From Felis catus (Eukaryota): DNA of 64,000 nucleotides. Of this stretch, positions 39,931 through 51,348 are shown piece by piece (position 1 is the stretch's first letter; every line of letters starts with the position of its first letter). The notes beneath the pieces are model-generated. The model was not told the origin of the DNA and searched no databases. It saw only the letters and a program-made list of their open reading frames with translations. The DNA lies in assembly GCF_018350175.1 (NCBI RefSeq), contig NC_058368.1:78928001-78992000 (forward strand), given 5' to 3'. The position numbers and the translations under genes are program-made.

Positions 39931-40815
39931 ACTATTCTAAGAAATGAGAATATTTTGAGATTATATAAATATTATTTCCATAAATACTAGAATATTTCCA
40001 CACCTAACAAATGGTATTGCAAAGCTCTACATGATATAAATCTTTACCAGAGGCACAAAGAACAAAGTTGTGGAAACTAATGATTTAATGTTCAATAATT
40101 TTCCTAAATTTCCCACTACACTCATAACATGCAACTATATATAATGAAACACTTACAGCTATGGAGTCTAGTAAAATTGCATAGCAACAACCTACTGTAC
40201 AAACATAGAGAATTTGAAGAGAGAATACATTTGTGAAACTTAAAGCTTCTGTGGCAGAAGATAAAATTATGATATATGACCTATCTTTACGTCAGGCTCC
40301 ATCTAAGCTGATTTCGGAAGGGTTGTCAAAGATTTGAAACGTTTCCCGGCTTACAAACTCTTTTCTAAAAGGTGAGATTTACTGGATGAACAATAATTCA
40401 ATCCGGCTGGGGCTAAGTGTTTAAAGACTTTGGAAAATGCCAGATACCTTGACTTCTAAAATTTTATGAAATGAGATTACATAGTTTGGCAACATCGAAC
40501 TCAAAAAAAAAAAAAAAAGAATTCCATAAAATCCTTAGTTGTGGAATCGCTGTCCTGGAAATGATACTAAGATAAAATCATCACCCTTCACGTGGAGTAC
40601 CCCATTTTACAAAAGGGATACCTGTGGGTGTTACAGTTTCTGCTCTGCGACAGAGTATTAGCATTACCTGCAGGGAATTTTTTCTGGTTCATGTGCATGA
40701 AGTTTACAGTTCATTCATTCAGCAGTGCTGGCATGTGAATGAAGTTCTAGGTCCTGTTCCAGACGCAAGTGCCATGGTGTGGTCAACAGGATGCAAATAG
40801 AAGAAGGGCCAATCC

Positions 40816-41027
40816 TTTATTTTTTTAATTTTGTTTTATTTATTTTTGAGAGAGAGAGAGAGAGTGAACAGGGCGGGGCAGAGAGAGAGGGAGACACAGA
40901 ATCGGAACAGGCTCCAGGCTCTGAGCCGTCAGCACAGAGCCTGCCGCGGGGCTCAAACCCACGAGCCGCGAGATCATGACCTGAGCTGAAGTCGGATGCT
41001 TAACCAACCAAGCCACCCAGGCGCCCC
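40816..41027 (-). mobile_element. CAN-SINE
   Basis: Perfect TSD aagaagggccaat at 40801-40813 and 41028-41040. Confidence 0.94.
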
Positions 41028-41536
41028 AAGAAGGGCCAATTCTAATCAGACACCAGGGGAGAAAGACTGGGAAGCCTTCATGAGCAACACGTTGCTATTG
41101 TAGCTCCAAGTCTGACAGTACCTGTGTAATCCTCATCCTGTCGAATGTCCTGATAGCTATTAGGCTTCAGTATTGATCCGCTTACCACCCAATGGATCTA
41201 TAAAAACAAAAAATATTTTATCGTTACATTGCATCACATTTAGATTCCAAAATCATGCATACGTTAAATATCCAACTCTATCTTAAACCATTTTCTGCTC
41301 TAGGATGTTGAGTTTTCCGAAATCATTTCAACAACTCACCAAGCTACTGATACAACACAATTTAAGAAAGTTTAGTTTCCTTACATAGCAGAATGCTAGT
41401 GTAGGACGGGCCACTCAGTTTCTATAGAGAAGCAAAGAGCAATTAAATAACGAGATGTTATTTGAATGTACTTCCTGCAATAATATTGGGTCCTGCTTTT
41501 AAAAAACAGTACGGTTAGAAGTCGTTGGTGGGGGTG

Positions 41537-41640
41537 GGGGCACCTAGCTGGCTCAGTGAGTGGAGCATGTGACTCTTGATCTCAGAGTTCAAGCCCCACT
41601 GTGGACGTGGAGCCTGCTTAAAATAAATAAATAAACAGAA
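41537..41640 (+). mobile_element. Short tRNA-derived carnivore SINE lacking the (CT)n tract (older CAN-SINE type)
   Basis: ggggcacctagctggctcagtgagtggagcatgtgactcttgatctcagagttcaagccccac...cttaaaataaataaa. Confidence 0.8.
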
Positions 41641-41860
41641 AATAAAGCTTAAAAAGTAAGTCTTCTTCAGGTAACACTTTTAGAAAAGTTATTCTGAGGA
41701 AACAAAATGAGGCAGGGAAAAGCAATTTTAATTGTGTGAAGTGTAGTACATTTAATAACCTTTCCCCCTCCAAACCTATCCCTTAGATACTGTCGCCATG
41801 TTAGCATTAAGGGATGCAAGCTCAGATAACTGAAGTAACTCATAGAAGGTCACAGCATGA

Positions 41861-42082
41861 GGGGCGCCTGGTGGCTCAGTCAGTTGAGCCTCCGACTTGC
41901 GGTCAGGTCATGATCTCACGGCTCGTGAGTTCGAGCCCCACCTTGGGCTCTGTGCTGACAGCTCAGAGCCTGGAACCTGCTTCGGATTCCGTGTCCCTCT
42001 CTCGCTGTGCCCCTCCCTCACTCATGTTCTGTCTCTCTTTCTCTCAAGAATAAATAAAACATTAAAAAAATTGAAAAAAAAA
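41861..42082 (+). mobile_element. CAN-SINE
   Basis: TSD agaaggtca(c/t)agcatgag at 41844 and 42083. Confidence 0.94.
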
Positions 42083-42785
42083 AGAAGGTCATAGCATGAG
42101 ACTGTGGATTCAGGAGTCATGATCTGTGCTGTTTCCAGGTGCAAAGATTCTTTGAAGCTAGACTTAACTGTGTGGTATTAGTGTACCTTTTCGAAGCTAC
42201 TGCCTGCTGAGGAGTATATTTGTTTGTATTTCTCTTAGGACAAAACATTATTTACTCTATTAAATGTAGAAACAAGAACTTGTTTTTCTGTTTTTGTTTT
42301 TGTTTTTGTTTGGTTGGCTTTTTTGGTGGAGGTGCTGGGAAATGAACCCAAACAAGAAACTTTCAGTAAATTTTATTTGCCATCATTTTTTCCCATCGTG
42401 GAGTGTTTCTCCCCATCCTTTTACTGCGCGTACGTAATTTAGAGAATGCAAGCACATCTTCTTTATTGGAGAATCCCAGCGTGATCAAGAGGAAATTTTA
42501 CAGGACGTAGTGAGAAGAATGAATGGGTTTAGAAATATACATCAGGTCCCTCCAGACAAGAGTGAATTGAGGGTTTTTTTTAGTGATGACTAACCAAGAA
42601 AATGCTTCAATTTACAAGAGTGGCTGTTTAGATATAACGTCCAGCTGTGCTAGCCAGGAATGTAGATTCATTTACTTTCCTGCTAATAATCAATAATGAC
42701 TACAAGTTCTCGAGCCTCCACTGTGTCAGCCGCTTCTCCTGTGTGATCTCTAACTCCTGAGGCAGCCTTATGGGAAAGAGCCCTC

Positions 42786-42951
42786 AGAGAGAAAAAGAAA
42801 AAGAGAAAAAGAGAGAGAGAGAGAATCCCAAGCAGGCTCCGCACTGTCAGGACAGAGCCCAATGTGGGGCTTCGAGCTCACGAACCAGGAGATCATGACC
42901 TGAGCCGAAGCCAAGAGTTGGAAACTTAACTGACTGAGTCACCCAGGTGCT
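42786..42951 (-). mobile_element. CAN-SINE (tail degenerate or truncated)
   Basis: Antisense head and body, GA-rich tract. Confidence 0.85.
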
Positions 42952-42995
42952 CTGAAAAGGGAAGGCATATTGATTAAGCTGAGATTTATTGCCAA

Positions 42996-43006
42996 ACACA
43001 CACACA

Positions 43007-43042
<36 letters not shown>
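42996..43042. repeat. (CA)n microsatellite with one interruption
   Basis: Direct reading. Confidence 0.92.
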
Positions 43043-43047
<5 letters not shown>

Positions 43048-43385
43048 TGTTGAAAACTGATGAAAAGTGCAATGCCCGAAGGTTTAAAATATGAGAATTT
43101 TTACCAGAAGTTATGTTTCCAACATCTGGGCATGGCTTGTGTGCAAACAGAAGGGTATATTTTATGGACAAGGTATCATACAAAATATCTAAAAATACTT
43201 TTTTCCTTTCACTTGTATTTTCCAGTTGTGATGTTAGAAGATTATTATGTAGAATATGGCAGTCAATGTAGCCAATAGGTTTATTATTGGCTGACCCCTT
43301 CAGTCCTTCGCTCAAATCCCCAAGTGGTAATTATTGCTATTAAAGGAGAACACAGGTATGAATTAGTCCCATTAAAATATTTAAT

Positions 43386-43412
43386 TATATATATATATAT
43401 TATATATTTTAC

Positions 43413-43459
<47 letters not shown>
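43386..43459. repeat. Interrupted (TA)n microsatellite
   Basis: Direct reading. Confidence 0.9.
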
Positions 43460-43463
<4 letters not shown>

Positions 43464-43594
43464 GCTGTGTCGCTCTAAGTGAGAGAGTCACTAAAATAAA
43501 TGTTGGGAGAGAACGTGTTTTTCGCGTGTATAAAAACTATATTTTTGTGCCTAGAAGTAACTTCCATCTCCATTTGCTTAAAACTTAGTCTGCA

Positions 43595-43829
43595 GGGGCC
43601 CCTGGGTGGCGCAGTCGGTTAAGCGTCCGACTTCAGCCAGGTCACGATCTCGCGGTCCGGGAGTTCGAGCCCCGCGTCAGGCTCTGGGCTGATGGCTCAG
43701 AGCCTGGAGCCTGCTTTGGATTCTGTGTCTCCCTCTCTCTCTCTGCCCCTCCCCCGTTCATGCTCTGTCTCTCTCTGTCCCAAAAATAAATAAACGTTGG
43801 GGAAAAAAAAATTAAAAAAAAAAAAAAAA
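43595..43829 (+). mobile_element. Young felid CAN-SINE (SINEC_Fc-like)
   Basis: CpG-rich head, long A-tail. TSD aaaac(t/c)tagtctgcag. Confidence 0.94.
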
Positions 43830-44699
43830 CCTAGTCTGCAGAGTTTGACTTTGAAATCTCAGAGGGCAGTGGAGGAGGCAAGGAGGTTTGGTTTAGGAAA
43901 GAGTAACCCATCAGAGAGGGGCGGACGGCCGGGGCGACGGGAAAGGCGAAAGCCAGGCAATTCCAGGGCAGATTGCACGGCCGCAGCGGGCGCCTGGTGT
44001 GGGTGGGTGCCCAGCTCCTGCTTGCCGCCTGAGGCTCCTGGGAGAAGGGGCCCAGCACACCGCGTCTACACGGCGTTTTACGCTCCTAGATTTACGTGAC
44101 ATCAGTGTTGGCCAAGCCACTCTTGTCTATCAGGTTGAGACAGATGGGGCTGAGAGAAAGGAAACAGGCCTTCCCAGACAAGGACAGAGAGAAGAAAAGC
44201 CCCTGCACGACACTCAAAAAGGCAAAATAAATCACAGAATTTAAAAGCTGAAACAGAGACATGCTATTCCCTCACCAACCCCTGCACCTGCTGTTTTACA
44301 GATAATGTGTCAACATCAGAAACGATTGATTTATTGGGGAAAGAACATATAGCAATCTGGAAAGCCCCGAGGCTTCCTCTACCCGAGGAAGGTAGACATT
44401 CACGGTATACCCGGGACAGGAAAGGCCCTGAGAAGTCCTGCAGAGAAGCCCATTAACTTAGCTTAACTCAAGGTTTCTCCAACAGGGTTCTGATTTAGCG
44501 TTTTTTAGATAACATAAATTGACATTTCCTTCGATTAGTGTTCCGCTAAGCACATACAGAAAATGCAGAATATCTGAAATCTAACATCGTTCCTGCGCAA
44601 TCTAATTGCATTCCGTAAGTGTATTATGTGTTCGTATCTATGCTAATTGATGAACAAACCAGTTAATAGATAGTGTATGCTCCGTGCCCTCTTCTATTT

Positions 44700-45080
44700 C
44701 AGTGTGTTCACCGGGCAGGTCTGCATATTAAAATCATCTGGGGCGCCTGGGTGGCTCAGTCAGTTAGGTGTCCAACTTTGGCTCAGGTCATGATCGCGCG
44801 GTTCGTGGGTTCGAGCCCCGCATCAGGCTCTGTGCTGACAGCTCAGAGCCTGGAGCCTGCTTTGGATTCTGTGTCTCCCTCTCTCTCTGCCCCTCCTCCA
44901 CTCACACTCTGTCTCTCTGTCCTTCAAAAATAAATAAGCATTAAAAAAATCACCTGGAAGGCTTTTGAAATGTATCAAGCCTCACTCTGACTTCATTGGT
45001 TCGGGGTCAGGCCCAGACATCAGCATTTATGAAAGCTCCCGGTCATTTCCAGCATGCAGTTAGGGATGTGACTTGCGTCT
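44700..45080 (+). mobile_element. MER5-family hAT-Charlie MITE split by a SINE
   Basis: cagtg...ctgcatattaaaatca[SINE]cctggaaggctttt...ctctgacttcattggtt.gggg.caggcccagacatcagcattt..aaagctccc...atgcag matches recalled MER5A1/MER5B consensus. Confidence 0.7.
44740..44948 (+). mobile_element. CAN-SINE
   Basis: Full element. TSD aaaatca(t/c)ctgg. Confidence 0.93.
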
Positions 45081-46439
45081 AATGCCTGGGGCTGTGCCTT
45101 CAACTGGAGTCGGCTTTAATTAACCTCCTACTTTAATTCTGTGATGTAAATGTCATGCTCTATTATATTTTTGCTTCAGAGATATTTCACTGAGTAATGA
45201 AAATAAAGGGAGAACAGTTGGTGAAAATTTACTCAAGAAATTAAGTTTGTCATTAATACAAATGATAGGCCATCTGGATAAGCAATAATGTTCTGTTACC
45301 AAAGAGTGTTTTCAAGGGGTGCGTAATTTTTATTATTAAACCAGTTAGCAACGGCACTTAATGTACAAAGGCTGTATTTTAATCAGAGAAGGGTGCGTGC
45401 TAATTAAGCAGTACTTAATAATTGCTCATTTTCATCTATGAATACTCACCTGCACTCGCATGCAGGCTACTCTAAGGAATACCCGGAAATTTAAAGGGAC
45501 CCAATTACGATTCTGATGGATGAAGTCAAAAAGTAAAAATGATTGCTTTGCATTGAAGACGATCGTATTCTCAATTATTGATGCAGACCAATACGTAAAC
45601 TACTTTGCCTATAAAAATCTTTCACTGTGTATTTCTCTCACTGTGTTTAATACGTACCCACATACGTACAGACAACAAAGACAGTTTAGCGACGATAAAT
45701 CCGGAATAAGCAGGTTCTGGCCAGGATTGGGGCCACCATTGGTGGGGAGGATGCATTTTTTTCAGGTTTCAGCTGGGTATCTGACACAGGCTAGTATATT
45801 CATATCAGCGCCCTTAGCTATGTTTGCTGGCAGTTTGGAAGTTCATGCTACAGCAATTCTTTTATATTTTAGCTTTGGCTCAACCAGTGAGGGCTTTAAA
45901 CAATATAGAATAGGGACAGGCAAACTGTCTTGGTAAAAAACTATCATGTCCGCATTACTTGAAAGTGAGTTTGAAAACCATTCTGCTTTGGACCGTGCAC
46001 GCTCCCAGTGATACGCTTTACCGCTGAGGACTGCTCTCCTCTGTTCGAAATACAAATATATTCCAGTTCAGAAAGCGCCACTGTAATAAAGACTACAAGT
46101 CAAAAATCACTCCCCAGCCTACTCAGTTTTCCACACCGAGCTGGAATTTTCCCTATGGGATTTTCATAAATTACTTCTCCACCCCCACCCCCCCCGCCCC
46201 CGCAAATACAAAGAACATGATGTACAATAAAAGGTTCAGATTTATTGTTCGGATCACCCCATGTCACAAAACCCCATCTGGTACTGCAGCTTCTGAATGC
46301 TGAAGCTGGGTACAGAAGCTGTATGTTTTATGAGTCGTCTTGACCAGGAGACTGAGAAATTGAGTTGTATCCAGAAGCACTGGCCAAATCCTTTTTCTGC
46401 TAGCTGAAGTTTGGCAGGTTGCTTCAGGCCTTCCTTGGG

Positions 46440-46477
<38 letters not shown>

Positions 46478-48896
46478 AATAAAAACTTGTACTTGGACCC
46501 CCTCCAGCTCTTTCCAATTTTACCATGGCTTCGACCACATTCCCACTTGGTATCACCATTTTGACCGGAACAGCGGACCGATTCGGTGAAGCCAATACTC
46601 AGTTCAATAAAATATTAGTTAAATAGTAGCAAATGAAATATCTGTTTGTATTATAAAAAAGCTTACATCAGTGACAGCAGCCAGGTATATAGAGAGATGA
46701 TCAGCCATGAGACAGTCAGGGGCAATGAGGATTTAGTCAGATTGTCATCCAAAGTAATTTTTGCAACCACAGACCTGCCGTCCATCATGATCCCAAAATG
46801 ATAAGAGAATTCTCTTCCGTGTGTTTGAGACATCCACATCCAAGTATTTTCAATTAGAGGGTCTCGAAATGAGGGGAAAGGTAAACGTCGTATAATTTGG
46901 GTATTTCTTGCACAAGAGAGAATCAGCCACTGATGTTATACTTTGATATCCTCTATCAGACTTCTTTTTACCATTTCACACGGTAACAGACATCATCTTA
47001 TTTTTTATGGCCTCAATATTTGTTTCCTGAGCAATCTGTTTCCTAAAATATATTGCATCGAGGCACACTCCCCACTTTTAAACCACTTCTTTGGCATAAG
47101 ATCAGACTGCTGAGATACAGAACCTATTTGTGTTTTCTTAAATGATTTAATGTCTGTTTTAATATCAAAATGTTTGAAACATTACAATTGTGTATATCAT
47201 ATAATTAAAGAGAATATTTTCCAACGCTCTCATTCCATAATGGAGTCATTTATTTTCTGTTCACTTACTGCAACTATTTCAAATTTTAATAACCTTTTAT
47301 AGCATTTATTCGTCTTTAGTAACAAAATTACTTCAGTATTACAGGAGTATAACACATTATTAGATTGGGGAACATCTCAAAATCTTATTTTTTTAAACAA
47401 AGTGAAATCGTTTTTAGAACGATTTTTTCTTTCTTCATTTTTCTTCTCTAACAACAATTTTCAGAGATTTATGTTTCTTTTTTATGGTAAAATGAGAGAG
47501 ACAAATAAATGTATGACTTTCCTAGTGGGGCCCCTACTGTGGACAGATGCTATGCAATGTTAGAGAAGGGTTTGTGTTTCCAGAATCACTCCTGGAGATT
47601 CATATACTGGAGGGTAAGAAAGGCACAGATCTTGGTCGGCTGGTGGCAGGTTTGATGGAGGACAGCAAGCGGAAGGGTGTGCTAGGCTGTGTCAGCACCA
47701 AGGAAGGAAATATTTTTCATTCGGCCTTTAAATAATGAGTTCCATCTCTCCCTTTGCCAACGATAATGTGCTAACCTGATAGGTCTGTGTCCAAACATGT
47801 AACGTGAGATGTCTTATGCGGTGTGTTGTCACCCCGAGTGACTGTGGTTGTAATTTTTTTTATATACATTCAGAGAATTGATGGGTGACAGTGAGGCTTT
47901 ATCTAAGATACTCGTACTTTACAAAGAACTTCCAACCTCGCATGTATCTCAGGGACTCTAGTTGTCAAGGCACAGAGAGAAGAAGTCCTAGCAACTACTG
48001 GCCAAATCAGATAGAAGGGAGGAAACTCAAGAAATCCCAGAGACCGCGGCAGGGGTAGCGGGAGGAAGAAGACGATGCAGAGTTGAAGTCTAAGTTTAAA
48101 CAAATGGTCTGAGTTCTTTAGGTTTCGAAGTCATTTCAACACAGCAGCGATGCGGCGTGGTTATTTTCCTTTTAACCTACATCTTGTTTTGTAGTAGAAT
48201 GCAATGGGAAAGATTTTTCAGTCTAAAGACACTCACTGGATGGCCAAGTTGACAAAAACGATTTTTTTGTTTTTACTGTGAAGTCAGAGCTGCAAGAACA
48301 GCGACTGGAAATGAGGGCAGTAGTCCGGGACCATCGCTTTCTGGCCCAGAGTTAATAGGAATTGCTTTTGTTATTCTCCGAGTGTCAATGCATGGCATTT
48401 AGATCTTATTGTTAATGTAATTATTATTAGTTAAACATTTTTTTTGGTATAATTCTGTGTCGATTATTCTCCACCTGGTACATTTCTAACGAAACATCGG
48501 TGTACATTCATCATTGAAGTAATTGGACTGGATTAGGTCTGAGCCTCCCCATTTTCAGCTCTCCAAACACACTTGGGTCAGCCTAGCCCCATGCCTTCAG
48601 TCCTGTCACCATGCCACTGTCCCTAAAGACATTTGAGCTGTGTCTACTCGCGAAATTCTGGTCTTGGTAAGAAGTAAGGAATGGAACCCGACAGCAAACC
48701 ATTGGTCTCAGGACAAACTGTGTGTTCTGACCAATGCCCTGTACTGATTGGTTTGTTTCTTCCCTGAAACCTCTTCCTCTGAGATTCCATGTCCATAGAA
48801 TCCCTTAAACTCCCAGCCTCCCCAATAGCTGGATTTGTGAGAAAACGGCTTTTTCTTTTCTATGTTCATGTTGTTGTTGTTGTTCTTCTTCTCCTT

Positions 48897-49109
48897 CTTT
48901 TTGTTTGAGTGACAGAGAGAGAGAGAGAGAGAGAAAGCAAGAGAGCATGAGTCAAGGAGGGGTAGAGAGAGAGGGAGAGAGAGAATCTTAAGCAGGCTCC
49001 ATTCTCAGTATGGCGCTCAACTCGGGACTCGATCTCATGGCCATGTGATCATGACCTGAGCTGAAATCAAGAGTTGGATGCTCAACCAACTGAGCCACCC
49101 AGGCACCCC
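48897..49109 (-). mobile_element. CAN-SINE
   Basis: Antisense head and body, (GA)n tract. Confidence 0.9.
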
Positions 49110-49537
49110 TATTCTCAGGTTATTCTTAATTCACCAATACCCACACCTTTATCTGCATGTGTAGACACCCATATGGAGAATTAAAGAATTCTTGGTGTTG
49201 GTCATTTGCAGAGGAGGCTTGGCCTGCTGATAGGAAGGAAGCTGAAACATAAGGGTTGTTCTTATATGTCCAGGAGAGAAGCCATGAGCTCCCAGTAGAG
49301 GGACAGGAATGTTTAGGAGGAGTTCCCACTTAGCAGGTGTTATGATGATACCAGACTTGCAGAAGAATGTGGATATGTGGAAAGAGGGACGTAGAGTGGT
49401 CTTTCTTTTCTCCAGTGACTATTTCAGTCTCTATGGCCTACAAAATCTTTGACATTTTCACTATATAACTATAGCACATTCATATTAAATGTAATCCTAG
49501 ATATTATTTCCTTTGAAGATGGGATCTGATTTTCTTT

Positions 49538-49765
49538 TATTTTTTAACTTTTAAAATTTTTTAATGTTTATTTTTGAGAGAGAGAGAGAGAGCGAGCAGG
49601 GGAGGGCAGAGAGAGAGAGAGAGAGAGGGAGACACAGAATCTGAAGCAGGCTCCAGGCTCTGAGCGGTCAGCACAGAGCCTGATATGGGACTCAAACTCG
49701 TGAATCACAAGACCATGACCTGAACCAAAGTTGGATGCTCAGCCGACTGAGCCACCCAGGCACCC
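49538..49765 (-). mobile_element. CAN-SINE
   Basis: TSD tgattttctttta on both sides. Confidence 0.92.
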
Positions 49766-49919
49766 CTGATTTTCTTTTAAAAGCTTTTTTTCCCAGTTAC
49801 TTTGATTTATGTAAATTGTTCATCTGTCATTATTTTCAATGACTTACTCAATTCTAAATAGTTCTAGTGATTTCTGGATTTTATCTGATGTAATATAATT
49901 GCTTGCATGCACATGGTCT

Positions 49920-50360
49920 GCGAGACTAAATGAGCTCATGAAGGAAGTGGGTGTAGACAGAGAAGACTGAGCCCTGGGCCACTCCAGGTAGAGGTAGAAA
50001 AGGAGATAGAGAAGCAGTAGCCCAGGGGGCAGGAGGCCACGAGCCTGTAGTGTCCTGGAAGAGAGCAGAGGCAGAGGAATCCCTGTGAGATATCACTGGG
50101 AGGTCAAGGAAAATGAACACCAAGAATTGAACATTGGATTTTGGAATGCTCATGTGGTTCTGGTAGTGTTCTGGTGGAACGCTGGGGGCAAAAGTTTATC
50201 GGAGTAGCTTCAACAGTGGGCGGGGGGGGGGGGTGCTGGAGAAGAATTTGAGATAATAAGGAAAGACAACTCTTTGGAGGTTTTCTTGTTATAAAAGAAA
50301 GCAGAGAAGTGACAGGATAGCCCAGAGAGGAAGTAAGCCTTCATTTTTGTAAGATTTGGG
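49920..50360 (-). mobile_element. LINE-2 fragment
   Basis: Purine-rich antisense-L2 pattern: 'gtgtagacagagaag..actgagccctggg..actcca...ggagccag...gtagtgtcctggaag...ttggatttt gg...agacaactcttt'. Confidence 0.7.
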
Positions 50361-50518
50361 GTATTTTGTGTCTTTTTAGTACTTAAGATAATTTTTCAGA
50401 TTAAGAAGTAACATATTTGTTTCTCGATGGACAGAAGAATTGACAGTTGGAGGAGTATAAAAAACTTTCTGATAAAGAAAATAGTTTCGGCAACAATGCG
50501 TAGAGAAGTTCTTCTTTC

Positions 50519-50744
50519 TTTTTTTTTTTTAATTTTTTTTTCAACGTTTATTTATTTTTGGGACAGAGAGAGACAGAGCATGAATGGGGGAGGGGCAGAG
50601 AGAGAGGGAGACACAGAATCGGAAACAGGCTCCAGGCTCTGGGCCATCAGCCCAGAGCCCGACGCGGGGCTCGAACTCACGGACCGCGAGATCGCGACCT
50701 GGCTGAAGTCGGACGCTTAACCGACTGCGCCACCCAGGCGCCCC
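50519..50744 (-). mobile_element. Young felid CAN-SINE (SINEC_Fc-like)
   Basis: CpGs essentially intact. Perfect 16-bp TSD agaagttcttctttct at 50504-50519 and 50746-50761. Confidence 0.95.
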
Positions 50745-51186
50745 AAGAAGTTCTTCTTTCTGAAGGAGACTCACGTTCTCTTGCCCATCGTGGGTACGGA
50801 ACAGAAGTGAGGAGGCAGGAGATGTTGCTCCCCTCTCTGGGCTTTCGTGGTAAATCCAACTTTTATCCTCAGTTGTTGACTAGAGGCAATTGGAATTTTT
50901 TTTAAATACCCAAATATAACCCCCCAACTTGTTAGTGTTGTACATTACACTTCTTGTGGTTTTTAATGTATTCAAAATGGAATGATCAGACCGTATGAAG
51001 TCAACAATATGAAGTGAAACTTTCTGCTTTGGCTTCTCAAGCCGTACCCTAATGCTTTATTGCAATGAACTGATTGGTGTGGAACGTTCGTGAGTCAATA
51101 TGCCACCGATCTGAAGTGGTCACAGAAGGAGTGGATCTGCATGGCCCTACTTATCTTGTGAATTGTTTTCTTCTTCCCCACAATAG

Positions 51187-51348
<162 letters not shown>

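Noticed and set aside
41537..41640. Possible tRNA gene (A-box and B-box-like motifs)
   Set aside because: It has the CAN-SINE head and A-rich tail and lacks a complete cloverleaf. It is a tRNA-derived SINE.
46221..46260. TGTA + AATAAA as an intronic polyadenylation site
   Set aside because: AATAAA occurs many times in this AT-rich window (including SINE tails), and no upstream terminal exon could be defined.
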